Source of the DNA: Lama guanicoe
Taxonomy: Eukaryota
Direction of reading: 5' to 3'
Assembly (NCBI GenBank): GCA_013239625.1
Contig: MU054220.1
Coordinates: 3,597,374-3,661,373, forward strand
DNA: 64,000 nt
The notes beneath the pieces were generated by a model. It made no database searches, had not been told where the DNA came from, and saw only the letters and a list, made by a program, of their open reading frames with translations. Each line of letters starts with the position of its first letter. The stretch's first letter is position 1. Position numbers and translations under genes: made by a program. This document shows positions 1 through 11,591 of the stretch, one piece after another.

Positions 1-199
1 CAAACAAGTCACATGGCCATGCCCAACCGGGGCTGGGATGTATATTTCTTCTACAGGGAGGGTACTGCTGGGTCAGGTGGCAAAGGGTGTGGGTGTAGAA
101 TTTGATTACAGGGAGGGACTGGAGAGCTGAGGCAATCGATAATCCAGTCTTCCACAGCAGGGGTGGAGAGTCATTTTGACAGCAACTTCTGAATCCAAT

Positions 200-1047
200 T
201 GTGGCGAAACTCTCCCTCCATACCCCGCTTACCAAATTGAGACTCAAGGACAGAATTTTGAATGAAGTAGAAAAAGCAGATTTACTTCTTTATCAGGCAA
301 AGGAGGTCAAGTGGGCTAACACTTCTAAGATTGTGAGCCTGCTAGGGAGAGAAGGCAGGGGGGTTTATAGTAAAAGTTCAAGAGTTCAACGGGCAGAGCT
401 ACTTTCCATAGAGATCACATACAGGATAACAAATTGTTGCAAAGTTGTTCTTATTTTTGCAGATGCAGTGGTCCTCTTCCCTTTGCTAGGTGTGAAGTTC
501 ACCTCCAGCTTTGGGACTCTTTTAATAGTTTTGTACATAGAACAAAGGATGCATAGGAAGGGGGTCAATGGAAAAGAGCACTAGAGAAAAACTTGTGCAG
601 TTTAAAGTGATAAATGCTTTTAGCTTTTTAAGCAGGCTGCAGCCTGGGACCTCCTGCTGCAAGCTCAGGCCTGCACCTGAAACAATAGGATACAAGGAAA
701 GTGTAAGGGGCCAAATACAACTGCAGACATGTGCAGTTGGGTTGAGCTATAAACAGCTAGATGCACAAAATACCCAACTGCTGTTTCTAAGGTGTTGGAG
801 TCAAGAGGAGGACACTAGGGTCAAAAGCAGGGCACTAAGGTCAAAAGCAGGGAACTGAGCATGATCCCCAAACACAGCATTAGTAGAGGGTTGGGCAGAG
901 CACTCAATCCTCTGTCCTCTCCAGCCCAACCCTGGTCAGCAAGAGCATGAGAAAAAACCTTTAAACCATCATACAGTTCAGCAGCTACAAACAGCATTAC
1001 ATATCAGATGGTCACCAATGATGACAATAGGGTCCTGCTCAGTTACA
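200..1047 (-). mobile_element. ERV1-type solo LTR, complete (~848 bp)
   Basis: The minus strand starts TGTAACTGAGCAGGACCC and ends ...TTCGCCACA (TG...CA termini). There is a 4-bp TSD CAAT at 196-199 and 1048-1051, a minus-strand TATAAA at 364-369, a degenerate polyA signal near 281-294, and a 20-bp tandem repeat at 813-852. Confidence 0.85.
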
Positions 1048-1989
1048 CAATTGTCCTCACAGCAAAAGCGGTGCTCCTACCGTCTCGGAAAGCCCCCCAA
1101 AGCCACTAGTCCAGCACCAGCTCCATTTCCTAACTGGGCTTGTGGAGTGATCATTTAGATTCTAATTTGTAGAACTTTTGAAGGATAAAGTGTTCTGGAT
1201 GATCCTCGGGGTTGCAGAATCTCCTAGGTGTCCAGTGTGCAGCACCAGGTAAGCCCAAGCACTACCAATGACTAAGGGTGATTTGTAGCATGTCCTCATC
1301 CTCTCCCTGCCCTGCCCTCCATGGGGCCAGAGAGGCAGCAGCATCCCAAAGGCATCCTTCTGTGACGCCAGTCTTTGGGCTCAAAGCACCCATTGGCCAT
1401 GTCCCATTTCTCTGCAGGGTTTTCACAAGCAGCTGCCCTGAACTGGCACTAAGTGTTTAATTTCCTTTCTCCATGGTACCAAAGCCTTGCCAATCCCTGG
1501 GGAAGTTGCAATGCTGCTTTTTCATTGGGGGCTCTGCCAAGATTTTGTGAATTGGCACTTCTCTCACCCACTGTCCTGCTCTGCCATCCCACTGACGGGC
1601 TTCTCTTTGGCAGCTGGGATGAGAGCTGGTGAGTGGCATTGACGGCTCTCAGCAGAGCTCCTGGCTCAGAGTGGATGTTCCCCAGACAGGAGAGCTCTCC
1701 CACTGCATCTCCCTCAGGGACACCCCATTTCCCATGGCCAGCCGGATAATTTGTGAAGATGCTGCTAATCCTTCCCTCTTTTTTCCTCCCTAGCGGACAG
1801 TTATTTGAGAGAGGGAATGGTGCCACTGGCAGCCCTCTGGGGTCGGTGGGAGCCTGCCCCACCACCTGAAATGCCCTCCCCTGTCCCTGCCCCTCCCCCT
1901 CCCAGGCCACAGAGGCCATGGGCAGGCATGATGCCTCTACTAATGGCTGATATTCTTTGTGGAGGAAGAGTCTAGCCTCAGTTTAAAGA

Positions 1990-2401
1990 TAAGATGGAAT
2001 ACACATTATGGAATATTATTCAGCCTTTTGAAAAAGGAAGGATATTCTGACACATGGTACAACCAGATGAAGTTTGAGGACATTATGTTAAGAGAAATAA
2101 GCCAGTCACCAAAGGACAAGTGATCTGTGGTTCCACTTCTATGAAGTACCTGGAGTAAACTCTAAGAGACAGAAAACAGAACAGTGGCTGCCAGGAGCTG
2201 GGGAGGAGGAGGTGGGGAAGTAGTGTTTAACGGGCATTTTCAGTTTTACAAGGTGAAAAGAGTTCTGGAGATGGATGGTGCTGATGGCTGCACAACAACG
2301 TGAGTGTAATTAATACCACCGAACTGTAGGCTTAAAAAATGGTTAAATGGTACATTTCATAATGGGTAAGTTTTACCATAATAATAATTTAAAAAGAAAA
2401 A
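1990..2401 (+). mobile_element. Old L1 (L1MB-like) 3' end fragment
   Basis: Typical L1M 3' motifs (ggaatattattcagcc, gaggacattatgttaag..aaataagccagtcac, gagttctggagatggatggtg..gatggctgcacaac), ending in an A-rich tail. Confidence 0.85.
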
Positions 2402-3059
2402 GGTGAAGCCCAGAGGAGTTGCTTGCCCAAGGTTACTCAGACACTAGGAAGGGGAGCCTGAATCTGAACCTACAGGGCAACTACAGCATTTGCACTCTTT
2501 CTCTTGCATGTCTCCTTTGGGCCACTGCTGTAAAAGTGGGGAGGAAGATCCCCAGCAGGCATACAAGCCAGGGGCCAGCACAGCCAGAGAGGGAGTTCTC
2601 TAGGTGCGACTTTGGACACAAGATCCTCTCAGCCTCTCTGAATCAGTGCCTCTCTGGGGAATAGAGATTGTAAAGACCCACCTAAAGGGCAGATGTGAAG
2701 ACGAAAGGAGATTTGTGCCCCCAGCTTGGCGCTGGGCTCAGTGCAGAGGGCTAAATACATACAAAAATGTTGCAGACTCAGCACACCACCACGTGGGAAC
2801 CATGACAAAAGTTTGCTCAGTCTGATGTCGGGGTGATGGAGGACATCATGTGATTGCAACATCTCAGCATGCTCCTTGAAGTAAGTGTCATTTGAATGAA
2901 GGGTAGAAGAAGGTTTCAACAGGAGGTTGTGAGATGGAGGTGGCATTCCCAGAGGTTACAGCTTGAGTAACAATCTGGAGGTGGGGGTGGGGGTGGTGTC
3001 TGATCTGCTCTGAGAACTTGCAATGAAGCTCAGGTGGCTGGAGTGCAGGACTGAAGATG

Positions 3060-3545
3060 AGTTCGTTGGGTTGCAAATTACAGAAACTCAGCTCAAAGGG
3101 CATTTTTTGATCATGTTCTCAGAAGAGTACAGGAGATGAGCTTCAGGTGCAGTTGGATCCAGGATTCCGTCTTTCTTATTCCATCTCCCAGTTCTGCTTT
3201 CCTTACATTGGCATCATTCTGACACAAATGAATGTCTCAGGGCTTTCCTCCCCCTTGCCTCAACCCTAGTTGGAAAAGAATAAATCGTTTCCCAATAATT
3301 CCAAACCAAAGTCCCAGGGCTGACCCGGATTGACCCAGCTTCCATGTTGAGCCATCCCTGAACCATGCTGTTCTCAAGGCTGTCTGGACTGGGGCTGGGG
3401 CCCAGCCTGGATCTTGGTGTGGAAGGGTGCCAACCCTGCCTGATGACCTGGGCTGAGAGTGGAGGCTGGGCTGTTCCTCAAAGGAAAACCAGGATGATGT
3501 TTCCAGAAGAAGGAGAGTGAATGTTGAGCAAGTAAACACACCAGA
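3060..3545. mobile_element. Diverged MaLR (MLT1-type) LTR fragment
   Basis: The motifs ggttgcaaattacagaaactcagctcaaa, cttcaggtgcagttggatccagg and catccctgaacca resemble old MLT1K/L LTRs. Confidence 0.5.
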
Positions 3546-6295
3546 AGTCCTCTACAGGTAGCAAGAGCTGAGGCTGCAAAGAGAAGCCCTCCTCTTATTC
3601 ACACTCCGTGCCCTCCCCCAACTTTCTCAGCCCCCCAGGCTCCCCCTCCTGCTCCACCAAGATGTACTCATTCGCACCTCCTTGGTTTCTCTCTCCCAAC
3701 CTCCCTGGATGCTGGGTGTAATCTGGTCCCCATCAGAGGTGCCAGCAACACCTTCTGGCAACACAGCATCTGCCAGCTGCCATCCCCCAACCCGGCCCCG
3801 GCTACACTATTGGACTTAATGGGAACTGGAGGCTGGGGATGTGAGTGTCTCTGGCTGACCCGTTCCCCTGACCCCCAGCTCCTGCCTGTGAGATCCTGAC
3901 CATCTGGGGGAGCACTCGACTTTCTGGACCAAACCGACCCTAATCGGGTTTTTGAGCACAATCCCAGAAGGCTCATGCTGGCTCTGCTGATATGCCAGCG
4001 CCAAAGATAGAACAGGCCCAGCCACCCCGCCCCCTTAATTCTGTAATTTGCTCGAAATCAGATGATAACGCTTGCCTGGGGAGACATAATTTGTGGTAAC
4101 CCAGCCCCGACCCCTGGGTTTGGGCCAAGATGACATCAGTGTGAAGAAACGTGATGGTGGCTTCAGCCCCCTTCACTGCAGCATCTTCCCTTTTTAGACC
4201 CTGATTCCTGGTCCCAAAGTCTATTCTTCTGCTGCTGCTGCCTCTCCCCCTTCCCCCAAGTCCCTGAAAAACTCATTCAGTGTGGAGGAAATGGGCCATT
4301 TACTTATTCATTCACCCTTGAGATAATTACTGAGCTCGTACTATGTGTGCAGACACTGCGAGGTCCTGGGGACAGACAGGACATTGTCACAGACTGGTCC
4401 TGGCCACCCAAGGAAATTACAGCTTGGTCGGGGAGGGGAGGCTGGTGCCCCTCTCAGGCAGATTGGGGGTCTTCAGTGACAAGTCTCAGAGTGAAGCAGA
4501 GCAGAGAAGGATGTCGGGCATCATTTGGGGGGCAACAAGGCCTTGGAGAGGATAGAGGGCTGCCCAAAGTGAACAGCTGGACGTGCAGAGCTGGGACTCT
4601 GGCTCCCGGCCTCCCACGAGACCGCGGACCCCTGGACCACGGCCATGGGCTCCTGTCCTATCCTGAAGACTAGATTTGGAAACGGGCTTTTTTCTCAGTG
4701 GAGATGTGAGTACAGGAGTGCTCCGGACCTTCCTCATCTGCCTCCTCCCCACTTCCTGGATCGTTCCCCTTTGGTCACACAACGAACGAACGGGCTGCAG
4801 CACCTGCTAAGGCGGGATGAGGGCCAGACGCTGGGTACAGCGGGGAGCCAGAGTCGACGTGCAGACGGAAATGAAAGGGTTTCACGAGTGAATGTCGAAG
4901 GATAGCTGTCCGTACTGAAGGAAAGCTTCAAGGGCTGTGAGAAACAGTAACAGAGCAAATGAACTCCCGTAGCGGGCCAGGGAGGTAAAAATTAAAGCAA
5001 GTCCTTGCAGGACTGTTTGAATTAAGTCGGGAGGTGGGGCAGGAGCAGGGGTGAGAAGGACCTCCCTCTTGGCCAGGGCACCACCAGGACAAGTTCTGGA
5101 GGCTGGACCCTGGGGGTTGGGGGAGTAAGGGCCAGCGAAAGTGGATGAAACTGGGAGGAGGGTGGATCTGGCCCTTGGCCCTTGAACTTCACTGGTAAGC
5201 AACGAGGATCCCTTTCAGGGGGTAACCCCAGGCAACTCGATCTGAGGCTCGCGGTCAACCCAGCTCAAGGTGGGCACACATGAGACCCAGTCACACTTGA
5301 GTTTTGTCACCTCCCAGGCTGATGAACTAGCCCTCAGCCTGCCTGCTTTCACCCTCACCCTTAGCTCTGCCTTCTTCTGCCTTCATCCTACTCCCGGGGA
5401 TTCTCACAGGGGGAGCCATGGGGAGGAGGAAGCAGGACAGGCGGACAGCCTCAGGAGATCACAGCCAGGAGCAGGGAGAGAACTGGAACCTGACAGGTGT
5501 GTGGCCCATAGGTCATTCCCACCTCTTAGCCTTTGCGTGGCCTGTTCCTTCTTCCTGGTGCCCCTTCCTCACCTTCACCTGCTTGTCTAAGGTCCAGTCT
5601 GTCACTGGCTCAGAAAAGTCTTTTCTGACCTCCCCATCTCTCCCAGGACTGGGGGCTTTGATGACAATAAAACGGCATGGACCATTCAGGCCAATAGCAT
5701 TTTCAGGCCACAGAGACCCCCTGGTTTCCCTCCCCACCTTTCTCTTTCCAATTATAAACCTACTTCCTGCTCAGACCATCAGGAAGCAAGGTTTCCTGTT
5801 TCCTTGTGAGGGTCCCAGCTAGATTTTTCCTTGACCCCTGATTTCTGAGGCTCGTCTAGCAGAAATCCATAGAGAGTTCTTGATTTAAAAATATTAAGTC
5901 AGCCGTCTCCTGGGCTTTCGTCTTTCTTTCTTCTGTTGTTATTGTGAGCAATTTCATGACGCTCAGCCTGTGACTCACGCACCCCAAAGGTCTCAGCCTC
6001 ACCCACCAAGCCCATGGCAGCAGCATGGGGGCCCTGCTTTTGCTCACTTGCTGTCTTGGCCTCTGCCAACCATCACTTAGAGCTTGCTCAGCATCTCAGA
6101 TTCCCAGGGGTTAATCAGGCTGATTGGTTTTAATCAGTTCCCTGCTGCCAACAAGCTGCCAGGGAATACAGTGGGGTTGGGCAGGGGAGGAAGTCTGATT
6201 CAGTGAGTAGGGACTTGCTGTGTGTCATTTGCTTGCCCTTTCTGGGCCTCATTCATGTCAACGAGAAAGAAAGAACATAATTCTACAATAATAGA

Positions 6296-7520
6296 GTCAT
6301 TCATTCATGAGGTGTTTTTGAGCACCTACTACATGGGCTAGAAAGTGTTTTAGGCCCTGGGATGCATCTAAAAATAAAAGGGACAAGCCTTCTTCCTCAC
6401 AGTGCTTGTACCCTTTGGGGAGAGGCTGAAGCTATAGACCTGCACTGCCTGTTATGGAACCACTAGCACATGTGGCTATTTACATGTAGAGTAATTAAAA
6501 TAAAAGAAATTGGTAATTCTGTTCCTCTGTCACCGTGGCCACATTTCAAGTTCCCAATAGCCATATGTGGCCCATGGCCACATAATAAACAGTGCAGATT
6601 ATAACACATGTCCACCTGGCAAGAAGTTCTGCTGGATACTACTACTGGAGACTGACAGGCAACATGACCTCAGGTAGAGTGATGACAAATCAAACAGAGG
6701 GAAGGAGCAGAAGTGGATGGAGTGATGCTTTTACAGAAAGAATGATCAGGGAAGGAAATATTTGAGCAAAGGCCTGAGAGCCATGAGGGAATGCTCCCTG
6801 AAGAAATCTGGCGGATGACTGTTCCAGGCAGAGGAAACAGCAAGTGCAAAGGCCCTGAGGTAGGAGCACAGTTGGTACACTGAAGAGGAAGAGAGGCCAG
6901 TGTGGCTACAGTGGATTAACCTGGGGAGGAGTGGTAGGAAATGAGACCTGACAGGTGTTTGGGGTTGTATCATCTGGGGCCCTGCTCATCATGGAAAGGA
7001 CTTAGGTGTGATGAGGAACCATCAGCCAGTTTCAGGCTGGGTGGTGATGTGTTCTGGTGTACAGGCTAACGGGATTGTTCTGGCTGCTGGGCAGAATGAG
7101 GGGTCTAGAGAAGAAGCAGGAGGCCAGATAGGAGGTTGATAATCCTGACCATTATCACCAGGGCTATAGCTATGGAGGTGGTCAGATTCTGGAAATGCTT
7201 TCAAGTAGTGTTGCTGATGAATTCGATTTGACATGTCAAAAAGAAGAGAAGAATCAAGGACAGCCTCAAAGTTTCTGTGCTGGGCACTTAGATGCATGGT
7301 GGGGACATTCCAGCAGAAAAGAATGCTGGTGGGGCAGCCCATTGGGGTGGGCAGTACGTGAGGGAGCCAAGGCTTCGTACTGGCCAAGTCAAGTTTGAGA
7401 TGCACATTAGACTCCCCAGTGTAGCAGGTACTGTTGTTGATTGGAATCTGGACACCAGGGTTGGAGAAATAACTGTGATTATTATCGGTCTATAGATAGG
7501 TGGTATTTAATGTCCAGATT
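6296..7520 (-). mobile_element. L2 LINE fragment, interrupted by a MER3-like element
   Basis: Begins with the reverse complement of the L2 3' tail (cattcattcat..ttgagcacctact) and contains L2 body motifs (ttccaggcagaggaaacagcaagtgcaaaggccctgagg, tttgagatgcacattagac). Confidence 0.8.
6436..6645. mobile_element. MER3-like hAT-Charlie DNA transposon
   Basis: ccactagcacatgtggctatt...gccacatttcaagttcccaatagccatatgtggc...aagttctgctggata matches the MER3/MER33 pattern. Confidence 0.75.
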
Positions 7521-8770
7521 GTGTCACATAATACTTGGGCTTAATGACAATTGCTACCATTTCTTGAATCCTGCATTGGGTCAGGCATACTATTACCTAG
7601 CTTATCTTATTCAATCCATCTTATTCAAACTCAGATGTAAGCACAATTACCTCCATTTTACAACTATGGAAAAGGAGGCACAGAGATGTTAAGGATTTTC
7701 TTTAAGGTCACACAGGATTTGATCCGAGTCTGTCTGATTCTAAAGCCCTATTCCCTCAGTGGCCCTAGGAAAGTGGTGGGTGTATTCTGACTGCAGTGGG
7801 CTCGGGCTTGGTAGGCTGGTTGATTGGTTGGTTGGTTAGTTAGTTAGTTAGTCAGGGTTTGGTTATAGAGGTCTTGGACACTGGGCCGCAGAGCTCAGGT
7901 CCATGCAGAGGCAATAAAGTGAAGTTCTCAGCAAAGGATCAGGGCCACTCAGCCAAGTGCCCTGGATTCTGTGTCTTCCTGAGGCCTCATCCTCATGGAC
8001 ATTCAGCTCTTTTCACCTCCCATCTCCTCGGTCTGCCAGATGGGCTGTGGCCCAGGTGGGTGGAGAGGCCTGGGAGCTGTTGTCAGCTCCTCCAGAAGTA
8101 AGCAGGGGAGCATTGAAATTCCAGGTCATCCCTGCTGCCCCCAGAGACATCCCTCCCCTGGGACAGTCAGGCTTTTTCCCTAAGGGTCTAGGGCTGGTAA
8201 CAACTCCCATGTTTTCCCTTTCTGTTCTGGGCCTTAAGACTTATGGGACCTCAGAGCAGGAAAGGCCCACAGAGATTATCTGGAGCAAGGCACTCACTGA
8301 CTTATGGATGGGAAGACTGAGGCCAGAGAGGTGAGAACGGACAGGAATGCGGGTCTCCGGGCACCATCTTACGCGATCACACATTATGGAAGCTCTTCTT
8401 TTCTTTCCTGTCTCAGAACTGACATAGGTGTGTCTCCAAGTATGTTTCCCCAGGCCAGCCGCATCAGGACCCCCCGAGCATGGCAGAAATGCAGGCCCTG
8501 GGCCTGGGACCCAGCAATCTGTGCTTTACCAAACACTTCAAGTGGCTCTGGGGCCACCAAAGTTTGAGAGACAGGGAGCCCCCTCCAGTGGACGGGCTTT
8601 GATTGTTTGATGGAGGGAGACCATCCGGAGGCTCTGGGGGAGCCAACCAGCCCTCACTTTCCCAAACCTTGCTCCCCTTTCTCCTTAGTCACCCTTGGTC
8701 CCCAGCATCAGCTGTGGTTGGGTAGCTACATACCGACCGCTCAGATCAGGGAAGGGATTTTGTACATAAG

Positions 8771-9135
8771 AGTGTTTCCAAAGCTGCTTCTCAAGGAAAC
8801 CTCGTGCCCTTGGAGGCCCTATGGGGTTAAACCAGGAATAGCTCGGGGTTAAAAAACGCCTGGAAAATGTTCGATTAAATAAAATCAAAAGGCCCTTTTC
8901 TACACCCTCCCCTCTACGACTCCTAGGACCTCTGAGAACCTTTACCATGTCAATGGTTCATTTGTTCATTTGTTCGTTCATTTGTTCGTTCATTAGTTAG
9001 TTAGGGTTTGGTTATAGAGGGGCGGGGACTCTCCAGAGGGAAGCGGAGCGTGCACATTTCCCAAACAGTTACCCAGGGAACCCTCTTTCCTGAGGACAAC
9101 CTTCCAGATTTGCTGAACTCACTTTGGGCACAGCT
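8771..9135 (-). mobile_element. MER112-like hAT-Charlie element carrying a ~70-bp internal insertion
   Basis: Terminal motifs agtgtttccaaag...ctttgggcacagctg, and internal ttaaataaaatcaaa..ggacctctgagaacctt..tctccagaggg..tttcccaaacagttacccagggaaccc, colinear with the MER112 consensus as I recall it. Confidence 0.65.
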
Positions 9136-9492
9136 GCTGTCATGTTTGGCACACTCCACCCTCTTCCAGACAGACAGATTACCTCAGCCAGATGGGGGCT
9201 TCCCCGATCTTACTGCTCCCGCCTGGGAAGTCTGTTCCCCGCTCTTGAGAGAAGGCATGAGTCACCCATCTTGGGCTTTGGGTGCCAGCTCTGGGGTGCA
9301 GGGCAGGCTATGCTCAGCGGGAGGGCCCAGGCAGCCTCCTTGGCCACAGTCTTGTATCCTAGAAAGTGCACACTGCCTCCAAGGGCAGACCCAGTAGAGA
9401 CTAAGGTTCTGCCATGATGCATCGGTTATTATGGCCATGTTGGTTATTTAAATGGAAATTCTTCCATAAGTTTGTTAAAAGCTGCTGCACTT

Positions 9493-9586
9493 GGAGGAGA
9501 GGGCATAGCTCAGTGGTCAAGTGCATGCTTAGCATGCCCAAGGTCCTGGTTTCAATCCCCAGTACCTCCATTTAAAAAAAGAAAAA
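9493..9586 (+). mobile_element. tRNA-derived SINE, vic-1-like (camelid-specific)
   Basis: GAGGGCATAGCTCAGTGG...TGCATGCTTAGCATG..AGGTCCTGG.TTCAATCCCCAGTACCTCCA followed by an A-rich tail. A-box at ~9506-9516, B-box at ~9548-9559, and a degenerate TSD (ctgctgc.ctt on both sides). Confidence 0.85.
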
Positions 9587-11403
9587 TATCTGCTGCCTTG
9601 AGCCCCCAAGTTTCCCCACCTCACCAGCCACCCAAGACTGTCTCGTGGGATCTTCTGGACATTCTTACGATCTAGCAGCCAAGGGGTTAATGCTTGGTGC
9701 AGCTGGTGACCCTCAGGACCCTCCAGCCTCCAGCAGGCCTGGGTGTATTCCAACTGGTCACAGCCCTGCCATGCCAGTTGATAAATAATTTGTATATCAT
9801 CCTTGGTGTCTACTGTTAGTACCCATCAGAGGCTCTAATGTTGGAAGATGTGAGCAGATGAAAAACATAGGAACAATGGTGTGTTAGAGGTGGAAGAACA
9901 CAGACTTGGGACTCAGATCTTTCAACCTCTTTCTCTGCCATCCCTAGCTGTGTACCCTGGGGAGGTCATTCTCTCTCCCTGAGTCTGTATTCTCATCTGA
10001 AGACTGGGTGTTACAAGGGTGAAGGAGCACAGGGCCTGGGCCACAGAAAATGTTAATTGTGTCTTCCTTCCTCATTGTGTCCAGTGCAAGAGGCTGGTGG
10101 GCAGCAGGTGCCTGGAGTGATGCTCCTCCCGAGTGTCTTCCCCAGAGTAGCCTCCTCATTAAGGGAGCTGTTCCACATCTACATCTAATTACTTCTAACT
10201 GTATGCTGCCCGCTGGGCCTCACCTGCTTCCTGCCTCCTACTTGGGCAGGGGCTGGTGTCTAATTGGAGCCACTCTGCTGACCTGGCAGGACTCCACTCC
10301 TGCTCGGGGAGGCGGGCTGAGTGGGAGGCTGGTCCTACCTGGCTCTCGTGGGCCACTTCCTGCTGAGAGGTAGGGGCAGCAAAGGCGAGTCTGGCTTCCC
10401 CTGAGCTACTGCTCCCAGTGAGAGCAGGACGCAGGATGGGGAAGGGTGTCAGCTGAGCTCATGGCATGGGAGGCTCTGCGTAGCTTATTTCTCTGTACAA
10501 GCAATCTGGAGTACTAGCTAGGGATGCATGCTTGGAGCCCAGCAGAACTGCTTTGAATCCTTGCTCTCCGTTTATCAGCTATTGACTATAAATCTTCATC
10601 TGAGCCTCAGTTTTCCCATCTGAAGAAGAGGAATGTGGAGAGGAAACAAAAGAAGGACATAAAGGGATTAGCACAGAGCCCAGGGCACCCACGCTTTTGC
10701 AGGGGCTACTGGTTCAGCTGCACACTTCTGATTCCATCCCACCTGTCAGGCTCCAAGGACCTAGGCTGGAGCCTTTCACATCTGATGGCTCATTGAATGC
10801 TCACAACAACTCAGGGTGGTTATCTGAATTTTTTCACAGAAAAGGAAACTGAGATTCAGGGAGATAAAGTGACGTGTTTAAGATCATCCAACTAATAAGC
10901 AGAAGAGGTCGAATCTCGTTGTTCTTTCTACGTCCAGTCCTGACATTCATTCATAAAAGAAACATTTATTGGGTGCCTACTAGGTTCTACTCAATCCCAG
11001 CAAGGACTAGCCTCTAGACTTTTGGATCACCCAGCTAGAGATGGCCCATACAAGTATCTGACAATCTGGCAGGGGACATTATGGCCACTAGTATGGGAGG
11101 TGGATTGGCCTTTCAAGAGAAGCTTTGAATTCCTGGTAAAGAGTTCAAGCTACATTAGTATATAGGTCAGCCACTACTCTCTTCCTACCTTAAATACAGC
11201 CATGAGTTCTGGAGCTGCAGCAGCCATATTGTGATCATGAGATCTTAAACATAAGAATGAAAACCAATAAACTAAGAATGTCCAAGAAGACAGACGGGAA
11301 TTCTTGGTTCCTGGTGGCATTGCTAAGGCTGAAACTACCCTTCCAATCACCTTCTGTAAGGTGAGAACAATCTTTTATTTGTTTAGGGGCTAAACTTCAG
11401 GTC

Positions 11404-11591
11404 AGTGATCCTCAAAGTGAAGAACCTGCTTAAACAGCAGAGTCAGCATCACATAGAAACTTGCTAGAAAACCAAAATTTTTGCCTTCCCCCCATGAGCC
11501 AGAACTGCTAAATCAGAAACTCTGAGCAAGCTGGAATTTTACAAGCCCTCCGAGTGATTCTGCTGTACATTGATGTTTAGGAACCACTGCT
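11404..11591. mobile_element. MER5A-like element inserted in an MLT1-type LTR (~11090-11655)
   Basis: TIR-like ends cagtgatcctcaaagtg...tttaggaaccactg, with internal aatcagaaactctg and acaagccctccgagtgattctg. The flanks carry MLT1 motifs (gctgcagcagccatattgtgatcatgag). Confidence 0.7.

Noticed and set aside
201..858. Overlapping ORFs of 127 aa and 96 aa
   Set aside because: They lie antisense within the solo LTR and resemble no known protein.
2821..2886. 60-nt exon-like segment (ctcag|...GAA|gtaagt)
   Set aside because: Stops occur in all three frames and the polypyrimidine tract is weak. An isolated donor match is expected by chance.
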